A DNA stretch of 64,000 bases from Candidatus Saccharimonadia bacterium (lineage in GTDB: Bacteria > Patescibacteriota > Saccharimonadia > UBA4664), in the NCBI GenBank assembly GCA_038245115.1, contig JBBRSS010000001.1, positions 25,234-89,233 on the forward strand, in the 5' to 3' direction. Position numbers and translations under genes: made by a program. The notes below the pieces were generated by a model that was not told where the DNA came from, made no database searches, and worked only from the letters and a program-made list of their open reading frames with translations. Below are positions 56,998 through 64,000 of this stretch, one piece after another. Position 1 is the stretch's first letter. The number at the start of each line of letters is the position of its first letter.

Positions 56998-57109
56998 ATA
57001 GCGTTCAAATTCATCTTCCTAAGTGTACCAGTGCCACCAGATAGGCGACAAGCCGATTGTGCTTTTGTACTCGAAGAACTATTTCTAACTCTGCTGACGA
57101 CTCATCATC

Positions 57110-58537
57110 TCAATATGACTGAGCAAATATCCAGCGATGTTTTGCGGGCATATTACAGCGCACACATTCGCCTTCTTCAATCTCAGCACCAAGCGGCAAA
57201 CAACGTGTCGTCGCTGTTGTATCGTTTTTTATTACCGCCTCGCAGTCGTCTTCTTCGCACCACAATGCCCGAATAAAACCCTTCGGGCCATCCATAATTT
57301 GCTTGAATTCGTCGTACGAATCTACGCTGTGGGTTGAATTGGCAAGATAGTCCTCAGCTTGTTTCAATAGATTTAACTGAATATCTTCAAGCGCGGCCAA
57401 CACTACCTTTGGGGTATCCTCAATTGAGTTTGCAGCCATTTTTTCACGACCGCGGCGGACACCGGCCAGACTATTTTCACTGACTTCGCGCGGGCCTACT
57501 TCATACCGGATTGGTACACCCTTGAGTTCCCATTTGTTAATCTTAAAACCAAAGGATTCGCCCTCTCTTGAGTCGATCTTCGCGCGTACACCGGCTTTTC
57601 GCAGCAATTGGGCCAACTTCTCGCAAAACTCTAACACGTCAGGCGCAATACGCACCGGCAGAATAACAACCTGAACCGGCGCCAGTTTTGGCGGCAGCAC
57701 CAAACCAGCATCGTCCCCGTGCGCCATAAACAAGCCCCCTAGCGACCTAGTAGAGAAGCCCCAACTCGTCTGCCAAACGTATTCCTCAGTACCCTCTTTC
57801 GACTGGTATTTAATATCAAACGGCTTTGCGAAATTCTGCCCCAAGTCGTGCGAGGTACAAGCCTGCAATGCCTTGCCCTCAGGCATGAGGATTTCATAGG
57901 TCAGAGTATCAGCCGCGCCGGCAAATTTTTCGGATTCCGATTTATGGCCGACATAGCCCGGCAGCGCAAAATACTCGCGATAAACCTCAACATACGAATC
58001 CATAGCCCACAATTGCAATTCTTTTGCCTCCGCATGCTCGGCATGCGCAGTATGACCCTCCTGCCACAAAAATTCCGAAGTGCGCATAAAGGGGTAGGTT
58101 CGTTTCTCCCATCGAACCACATTATTCCACTGGTTAATCAATAGCGGCAGATCGCGCCATGACTGCACCCAGCGGCTGTAGGAGTCGTACATTATCGTTT
58201 CGCTGGTCGGACGCACCACCAGCTTCTCCTCCAACTCTTCACCTCCGCCAATCGTAACTACTGCCAGCTCAGGGGCAAAACCCTCTATGTGTTGACTCTC
58301 TTTTTGCAGTAAAGATTCGGGAATAAACAGCGGGAAATAGGCATTGTCGACGCCGCGAGCCTTAATCTTGGCATCTAATGCGGCCTGGACCAGCTCCCAT
58401 ATACGGTAACCGTATGGGCGGATAATCATCGTGCCCTTTGCTGGGCCGTAGTCGGCCAGCTCAGCTTCCTGAATTAATTTTACGTACCAATCAGATAAAT
58501 TCTCGGTTTTCTTTGGAAGTTGTCTATCATATGCCAT
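57110..58537 (-). CDS. proS: proline--tRNA ligase, archaeal/eukaryal type
   Basis: The protein is about 475 aa with a C-terminal zinc-binding extension that ends in Tyr. The class II motifs are present. Confidence 0.85.
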   Translation of the reverse strand: MAYDRQLPKKTENLSDWYVKLIQEAELADYGPAKGTMIIRPYGYRIWELVQAALDAKIKARGVDNAYFPLFIPESLLQKESQHIEGFAPELAVVTIGGGEELEEKLVVRPTSETIMYDSYSRWVQSWRDLPLLINQWNNVVRWEKRTYPFMRTSEFLWQEGHTAHAEHAEAKELQLWAMDSYVEVYREYFALPGYVGHKSESEKFAGAADTLTYEILMPEGKALQACTSHDLGQNFAKPFDIKYQSKEGTEEYVWQTSWGFSTRSLGGLFMAHGDDAGLVLPPKLAPVQVVILPVRIAPDVLEFCEKLAQLLRKAGVRAKIDSREGESFGFKINKWELKGVPIRYEVGPREVSENSLAGVRRGREKMAANSIEDTPKVVLAALEDIQLNLLKQAEDYLANSTHSVDSYDEFKQIMDGPKGFIRALWCEEDDCEAVIKNDTTATTRCLPLGAEIEEGECVRCNMPAKHRWIFAQSY

Positions 58538-58552
58538 GGGTGGTATTTTAGC

Positions 58553-59287
58553 CTATTTCCCCGTCAACGCCAAAAACGCCAAATAATTATTGGCCATATG
58601 CAGCAATACACCCGGCACAATGCTGCGCGTCTTCACGTACATAAAGCACAGCAACAGCCCCAAAATCGAGGTGTAAACAAACAGGTTAGGCTGCCCGTGC
58701 GCCGCACCGAATAGCATAGAAGATAACACTGCGCCCCAGATCAAACCGGCCCGTTTCGTCAACGCCGGAAAAATAAAACCCCGAAAAATTGTTTCCTCAA
58801 AAATCGGGGGTATTAACACTAGGGCAATCAGGGCCAAGCTACGATGTGAACCTGCAGCCTTCGTAAAGTCATTCGTCTGAGCTTGGTTAGCGTCGAATGA
58901 CGGATCCAATAGCTTCACTACTATCAGCGCCACATTTGCGAGCACTACAAATACAATCAACATCACAAACAGATATTTAATCAGCTTTAAAACGTTCACT
59001 CGCCGCCAACCCACCATCGACCACGTCGCGTGGTACTTGCGGAGGTACAAGGCAACCAACCCCAGCCCAATCGCAACCCCCACCAAATTCAACGCAAATG
59101 ATGCCTCAATGTTTTCATGACGCACCGCGTTCATAAAGTCATTGACTGCCGGCACCGCCGGAGACAACATCACCAATCCAAACCCCAATATCAGCTGCAA
59201 GCCAAACCACGCCGCCACCAATACCAAGGCATCCCTAACCCCCCACGGTACTTTGAGAAACTCTGGCACTTCCGACCAGCGCTTCAC
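58553..59287 (-). CDS. CPBP-family intramembrane metalloprotease (CAAX protease/Abi)
   Basis: EExxxR (FEETIFRG), FxxxH (FGAAH) and HxxxN (HMANN) motifs are present. Confidence 0.75.
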   Translation of the reverse strand: MKRWSEVPEFLKVPWGVRDALVLVAAWFGLQLILGFGLVMLSPAVPAVNDFMNAVRHENIEASFALNLVGVAIGLGLVALYLRKYHATWSMVGWRRVNVLKLIKYLFVMLIVFVVLANVALIVVKLLDPSFDANQAQTNDFTKAAGSHRSLALIALVLIPPIFEETIFRGFIFPALTKRAGLIWGAVLSSMLFGAAHGQPNLFVYTSILGLLLCFMYVKTRSIVPGVLLHMANNYLAFLALTGK

Positions 59288-60400
59288 TTAGAAATACTTC
59301 CGAAGATCGTAGACGCTTATAACCAACATCAGCGCAATCAGCGCCATAAAGCCAATAGCATGAATTTTGGCTTCGGTATCTGAAGAAATCGTCCGTTTAA
59401 AGACTTTCTGGGCAGTAATAATCGCCAGCCGCCCGCCATCAAGCGCCGGCAATGGCAGTACATTAAACGCCGCCAGAGCCACCGCAATATTGGCCATAAA
59501 CACGAGAATATAGGCAAATCCCAGCGACGATAGGCTCTTGAGAATAAACACGATTCCTAACGGCCCGGAAGCGGCTTGAGCAGCCTGAGGCACCGACTGC
59601 GAGAACAGTCCCACAATTAAGGCCGGGATGTGAATGAGCAGCTGGAATACTCCCACGATAGTCGCCACAAATAAGGCACCGGTTATATATATCGCCGCCA
59701 CCAAGGCACTCAAGGGATCGTAGCGCAATTTATACACCTGTTGGCTGCCTACGCCCAAAAAGCCATCCTTGCTGCCAGCGTCGCGCAGCTTCACACTGAC
59801 ATCCCGCTCGTCACCTTTAGAGCGGACATGCAATGTTATTTTTTGCCCCGCATGTGACTTTGTGTACTCGCGAAGTGCCGCTTCATCCTCGAGCTTCGTA
59901 TTACCTGCGCGCAGTAGAAAATCACCTTTCACCAAACCCGCTTGCGCTGCCGGAGAACCCGATACTACCTCTGCTAATATAAGCTGTTTTGGCTGAGCGT
60001 ATGTTGAATTTAAGAATTTAGGCTCAAAACTGCCGCCCAACGCCGGCAAGCCTGTCACGCACAACGCATACAGAATAACCACCGCTGTCACCAAGTTCAT
60101 GCCCACGCCGGCCAACAAAATCTTAGCTTTCACCGAATATTTTGCGCCGCCGAATGTTCCAGGACCTTTATCGGCCGCATCCTCGCCCTTGAGGCGCACA
60201 AAACCGCCCAACGGCAAAAGATTTACCGTATAGAGTGTTCCCCTGACCTGCTTGCCCCATAGCTTCGGCGGGAAGCCGATCCCGAATTCTTCCACCTCCA
60301 CTCCCCCACGGCGAGCAGCAATAAAATGACCCCACTCATGAAGAATCACGAGCATAGAAAATAAGAAAATGACTAAAATAATTATCAACATTGATACCAA
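59288..60400 (-). CDS. rseP: site-2 protease RseP (M50 zinc metalloprotease with PDZ)
   Basis: HEWGH is an HExxH motif in a TM helix. A PDZ domain and a C-terminal LDG motif are present. Confidence 0.85.
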   Translation of the reverse strand: MVSMLIIILVIFLFSMLVILHEWGHFIAARRGGVEVEEFGIGFPPKLWGKQVRGTLYTVNLLPLGGFVRLKGEDAADKGPGTFGGAKYSVKAKILLAGVGMNLVTAVVILYALCVTGLPALGGSFEPKFLNSTYAQPKQLILAEVVSGSPAAQAGLVKGDFLLRAGNTKLEDEAALREYTKSHAGQKITLHVRSKGDERDVSVKLRDAGSKDGFLGVGSQQVYKLRYDPLSALVAAIYITGALFVATIVGVFQLLIHIPALIVGLFSQSVPQAAQAASGPLGIVFILKSLSSLGFAYILVFMANIAVALAAFNVLPLPALDGGRLAIITAQKVFKRTISSDTEAKIHAIGFMALIALMLVISVYDLRKYF

Positions 60401-60448
60401 CTATACCCGATTACGAAGCCCAACGGAACCCAATTTCCAAATATAATG

Positions 60449-61156
60449 CTAGGCTCCAAACCGTCGTTGTCGCCGCGCGTATTCCGCCAAGGCCACATCG
60501 AGGTCATCAGGCTTAAATGCCGGCCACGACAACGGCGTAAAATACAACTCGGCGTAACTGGCCCGCCACAGCATAAAACCGCTCAGCCGCTGCTCGCCGG
60601 ATGTACGGATTAACAAGTCAATCGCCGGCACTTCCGGGTGGTACAAATATTGTTCCAGCCGTCCTACCGTCACATCCGCCGCTGGCACGCCATCGGCTAC
60701 CAATCGGGCCACCCCCTCCGCCAATTCGGTCTGGCCGCCATAGTTAAAGCACAATGCCAATACCGTGCCTGAGCTGTCTTTTGTCTTGGCCTCGGCATTT
60801 TCAATGGCACGCAACACCTTTGGACTCAAACGTTTACGCGACCCCATAAACACCACTTTAATGCCTTCTTTGGCATATTTTTTGATTTCCTTGGTGGCCA
60901 CCCAAACCATCAGATCCATCAAATAATCAACCTCTTCCTGGGCACGATCCCAGTTTTCGGTCGACCATACGTAGGCCGAAACATATTTCACGCCCGCATC
61001 AGATGCGGCTCGAGTAATCTCCAGTAAATTATCCGCCCCGCGGCGATGCCCCTCGAGCTTCGGCAGCCCCTGAGCCTTTGCCCACCGCCGATTGCCATCC
61101 AAAATCAGCCCGACATGCACGGGAATGGACTCCCCTACTACTGGGGGGGTCTCCAT
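60449..61156 (-). CDS. uppS: undecaprenyl diphosphate synthase
   Basis: HVGLILDGNRRWAK and RTSGEQRLS are present. Confidence 0.9.
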   Translation of the reverse strand: METPPVVGESIPVHVGLILDGNRRWAKAQGLPKLEGHRRGADNLLEITRAASDAGVKYVSAYVWSTENWDRAQEEVDYLMDLMVWVATKEIKKYAKEGIKVVFMGSRKRLSPKVLRAIENAEAKTKDSSGTVLALCFNYGGQTELAEGVARLVADGVPAADVTVGRLEQYLYHPEVPAIDLLIRTSGEQRLSGFMLWRASYAELYFTPLSWPAFKPDDLDVALAEYARRQRRFGA

Positions 61157-61716
61157 TAGACTTCCATTATCTCCCTAGCCTTGGCGGCTTCAAGCTCATC
61201 TATGCGTTTCTGAAATTGATCAATTTTTTTATTCAATTCGGTTTCGGCAAATTTAACGTCATCAGATGTCGCTTCTTTTGCCTTCTCCATCCGCTTCACA
61301 TCATTTAGCACGTCGTGACGAATGTTTCGCAGGGCAATTCGACAATCTTCCACTTTACTGCCCAAGCTCTTCACAATCTCCTTCCGACGCTCTTCTGTGA
61401 GCGGCGGTATGCTCATTCGGATGGTGCTGCCATCGCTCGATGGGTTAAGCCCCAACGCCTGATTGTCGCGAATAGCCTTCTCGATCGAAGCCATCGCCGA
61501 CTTATCCCACGGCGACACGGCTATAGTACGGGCATCGGGTGTGTTTATGGACGCCACTGCTTTCAGCGGCTGCACCACCCCATAAACTTCCACCACTATG
61601 CCGTCAAGCAACGACACCGACGCTCGGCCGGTGCGCAAACTGTTAAGATCTTCGCCAAAATGTACCACAGCCTTTTCCATCTTGGGGCCGGCTGCTTCAA
61701 CTAATGTTCTGATCAT
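61156..61716 (-). CDS. frr: ribosome recycling factor
   Basis: RRF fold. It lies in the rpsB-tsf-frr synteny. Confidence 0.9.
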   Translation of the reverse strand: MIRTLVEAAGPKMEKAVVHFGEDLNSLRTGRASVSLLDGIVVEVYGVVQPLKAVASINTPDARTIAVSPWDKSAMASIEKAIRDNQALGLNPSSDGSTIRMSIPPLTEERRKEIVKSLGSKVEDCRIALRNIRHDVLNDVKRMEKAKEATSDDVKFAETELNKKIDQFQKRIDELEAAKAREIMEV

Positions 61717-62300
61717 ACGCCTCCTAGTTCCATTCGCTGGTAACGGCGAATGACTATATTCTCTCCCAATTTGGCCACTAAGTCAGTAGTTAGTTTGCCC
61801 ACGGTAACGTCAGGGTCCTTCACGAAGGGCTGATTCACTAGGCAAACCTGCTCGTAATACTTGGCGAGCTTGCCTTCGATAATCTTCTCCACGATCTCCG
61901 CCGGCTTACCAGCAACTTCTTTGCGGTAAATCGACTTCTCGTTCTCGATTACGTCCGCCGGGACGGCGTCGACATTCAGGTACTCTGGGCTCGCTGCTGC
62001 CACATGCATCGCAATGTCGCGCACGAAAGTCTTAAAGTCGTCGGTGCGTGCTACAAAGTCAGTCTCACAATTAACCTCTACCAGCACACCAATGCGACCG
62101 CTGTGTACGTAGCTCTCGATCAAACCCGCCCGAGCTTCACGGTCGGACTTCTTGGCGGCCGTAGCCTCACCTTTTTCGCGCAAATACTTCACGGCTTTGT
62201 CAAAATCACCCTCAGAGTGCTCGAGCGCCTCCTTAGCTTTCATCATGCCCGCGCCGGTCTGGTCGCGGAGTTTTTTCACATCTTCTACCGAAATTGCCAT
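61713..62300 (-). CDS. tsf: elongation factor Ts
   Basis: An N-terminal UBA-like segment (VKKLRDQTGAGMMKAKEAL) is present. Confidence 0.9.
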   Translation of the reverse strand: MAISVEDVKKLRDQTGAGMMKAKEALEHSEGDFDKAVKYLREKGEATAAKKSDREARAGLIESYVHSGRIGVLVEVNCETDFVARTDDFKTFVRDIAMHVAAASPEYLNVDAVPADVIENEKSIYRKEVAGKPAEIVEKIIEGKLAKYYEQVCLVNQPFVKDPDVTVGKLTTDLVAKLGENIVIRRYQRMELGGV

Positions 62301-62330
62301 GGGATTTGTGTTCCTTTACAAAAAAATAAC

Positions 62331-63071
62331 TTAAGCGGTCGGAGCTTCGGCGGCCTTATCAGCTCTGTCAGCCATTTTACTGGCGTGGAGCTTAGAGCCC
62401 TCAGAAGCAGCATCGGCAATTGCCTGCGTAATCAAACGAACTGCCTTAATGGCGTCGTCGTTGGCCGGAATCTTGTAATCTACCAGATCCGGGTTGGCGT
62501 TGGTGTCGACGATCGCAATCACCGGAATGCCCAGCTTGCGCGATTCTGCCACCGCAATCATCTCGTTGGGTACGTCCACCACGAACACCGCGCCCGGCAG
62601 GCCGTCCATGTGCTTAATGCCGCCAAAAATACGTGTCAGCGCTGCTACTTCGTTAGAAAAGTCGAGCAGCTCCTTCTTATTGTACTTGGAGGCGTAGTCG
62701 CCGCTTTCCATGCCGGCTTCGAGCTTCTTGAGGCGTTGTACCTGCAGACGGATCGTGCGGAAGTTAGTGAGCATACCGCCCAACCAACGCTCGGTCACAA
62801 ACGGCAGCTCAGCCGCTTCGGCAATCTCTTTGACCACTGGGGCTGCCTGGCGCTTTGTGCCCACGAGCAGCACCTTGCCGCCGTTAGCCGCTGTCTCGCG
62901 AGCGAAATCAGTTGCCTCCTTGAGCAATACACCAGTCTTGGTTAGGTCAAGAATGTGTACCCCGCCGCGTGCGCCAAATATGTACTCGCGCATTTTCGGA
63001 TTCCAACGGCGAGTCTGATGTCCAAAGTGAGCACCAGCCTCCAATAATTCTTTTAAACTAACATCTGCCAT
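62331..63071 (-). CDS. rpsB: 30S ribosomal protein S2
   Basis: LLEAGAHFGHQTRRWNPKM is present. Confidence 0.92.
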   Translation of the reverse strand: MADVSLKELLEAGAHFGHQTRRWNPKMREYIFGARGGVHILDLTKTGVLLKEATDFARETAANGGKVLLVGTKRQAAPVVKEIAEAAELPFVTERWLGGMLTNFRTIRLQVQRLKKLEAGMESGDYASKYNKKELLDFSNEVAALTRIFGGIKHMDGLPGAVFVVDVPNEMIAVAESRKLGIPVIAIVDTNANPDLVDYKIPANDDAIKAVRLITQAIADAASEGSKLHASKMADRADKAAEAPTA

Positions 63072-63229
63072 CTTTAGTTGTGTCCTTTCATCTACATACG
63101 ACCACCCGAGCGGGAGGATTACGGCCGTATTGATTCATTAATTACTTTATAGGCCAAGCGAGTGTACCAAATTATTACGCCCAGAACAAGCCTATAGACA
63201 GGGCAGATAATGCATCCACCCGACCCGTG

Positions 63230-63258
63230 TTGACCTAAAATCAATTATCAGGTACAAT
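63230..63258 (+). promoter_or_regulatory. sigma70-type promoter TTGACC-17-TACAAT for rpmE, near-leaderless
   Basis: The -10 ends 9 nt before ATG 63268 and there is no SD. Confidence 0.5.
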
Positions 63259-63267
63259 CTTCAAGTT

Positions 63268-63585
63268 ATGAAAACTGGTATCCACCCCGAAATCTTTGAG
63301 ACAACCGTTCACTGCAACGGCTGCAACACCACGTTCACGAGTCACACGACCGTGAGCAAAATTGACGTTGAAATTTGCTCCAACTGCCACCCGTTCTACA
63401 CGGGCAAGCAGAAGCTCATCGACACCGCCGGCCGCGTCGACAAGTTCAAGGCTCGCCAAGCAGAAGCCACCAAGCGCGCCGAGAAGAAGGCCGCTGCCGA
63501 GAACAAAAACGACCCTGAAGTTAGCAAAATCCAGGAAGAACTTCAGACTGAGACCGTCGACAGCCAGCCTTCCGCGCAGGCCTAA
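63268..63585 (+). CDS. rpmE: 50S ribosomal protein L31 with extended basic C-terminus
   Basis: MKTGIHPE..., with the CxxC...CxxC zinc ribbon (CNGC...CSNCH) and FYTGKQ. Confidence 0.9.
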   Translation: MKTGIHPEIFETTVHCNGCNTTFTSHTTVSKIDVEICSNCHPFYTGKQKLIDTAGRVDKFKARQAEATKRAEKKAAAENKNDPEVSKIQEELQTETVDSQPSAQA

Positions 63586-63594
63586 GTTTCCCCG

Positions 63595-63637
63595 AAAAGC
63601 GCGCTGAACAATTCCTGTACAGTTGCGCTTTTTGTTT
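63595..63637 (+). terminator. rho-independent terminator after rpmE
   Basis: An aaaagcgc...gcgcttttt hairpin is followed by tttgttt. Confidence 0.55.
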
Positions 63638-63657
63638 ACCCTAACCCGGAAGAACCC

Positions 63658-64000
63658 ATGGACTCGACTGAACAAAAAATTCGCTCAGAGCACGAAGAGA
63701 ATGCCGACCGTATGACGCATTCGGAGCTTTTTGGTACACCGGAAATGGTCGCCCTTGCTAAGCGCCAAGCGGAGCTGGGCCCCGTAGTAACCCTATATGA
63801 CCAACGCCAAAAACTCATCGACGACCTCGTCGCCAACCGCAAATTGCTCAGTGACCCCGATTATGCCGAACTGGCCGCCGAAGAAATCACCGGCCTAGAA
63901 ACTCAACTCGAGCAAACCAACGACGACCTGCGGCTCGCTCTGGTACCCAAAGACCCGGCCGACGCCAAGAACGCCATTATCGAAATTCGCGCCGGCGCCG
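63658..64000 (+). CDS. prfA: peptide chain release factor 1, 5' portion (continues past window end)
   Basis: MDSTEQKIRSEHEENADRMT...DPADAKNAIIEIRAGAG is an RF1 N-domain. It remains open to the window edge. Confidence 0.8.
   Translation, partial: MDSTEQKIRSEHEENADRMTHSELFGTPEMVALAKRQAELGPVVTLYDQRQKLIDDLVANRKLLSDPDYAELAAEEITGLETQLEQTNDDLRLALVPKDPADAKNAIIEIRAGA

Noticed and set aside
1-64000. Searched intergenic gaps for tRNA genes, rRNA, CRISPR repeat-spacer arrays, transposase/integrase genes and prophage structural genes
   Set aside because: I found none. No gap contains a T-arm GTTCRAxxC motif with an acceptor stem. There are no regularly spaced direct repeats. All large ORFs are housekeeping, except for the loci flagged in the findings.

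Overview
This 64 kb window is a gene-dense, syntenic chromosomal segment (about 55-58% GC) that appears to use the standard genetic code (TGA serves as a stop codon) and contains few long intergenic gaps. The gene content points to a small-genome monoderm, possibly a Patescibacteria/Saccharibacteria-like organism, but this is a low-confidence inference. The evidence for it is: an FtsEX-PcsB-type CHAP hydrolase operon; an LPXTG sortase substrate; a reduced mraZ-rsmH-ftsL-ftsI-mraY-ftsW-murG-ftsQ dcw cluster that lacks the mur ligase genes; tightly overlapping genes; a class I LysRS with archaeal/eukaryal-type ProRS and GlyRS; and a prfB gene without a frameshift. Almost all content is housekeeping: topA (3' part), pbp1A, prfB, ftsEX, ctpA, pyrG, rpmA, xseAB, recO, glyQS, galU, secA, hpf, serS, greA, a second class B PBP, mreBCD, proS, rseP, uppS, frr, tsf, rpsB, rpmE and prfA (5' part). 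I found no rRNA or tRNA genes, no CRISPR array, no transposase and no integrase. The stretches I judge worth a second look are listed here. (1) A 627-nt structured non-coding gap between phoH2 and xseA contains a candidate small RNA of about 105 nt, a 20-codon ORF preceded by a Shine-Dalgarno (SD) sequence, and a perfect 17-bp-stem palindrome. (2) A three-gene locus comprises a protein with a sigma-70 region 4 domain plus two HARE-HTH repeats, a membrane-anchored VirB4/VirD4-like P-loop ATPase with a roughly 200-aa disordered repeat tail, and an AT-rich mini-island that carries an orphan gene. (3) At least four genes have -10 boxes placed so that the mRNA would be leaderless. (4) Two genes lack a canonical start codon at SD spacing but have an in-frame ATT there. 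(5) A very large PAS/GAF histidine kinase sits next to two paralogous receiver-only response regulators. (6) A PIN-PhoH (PhoH2) gene is present. (7) The dcw cluster has unusual spacers and a short ORF coupled to the rsmH stop codon.
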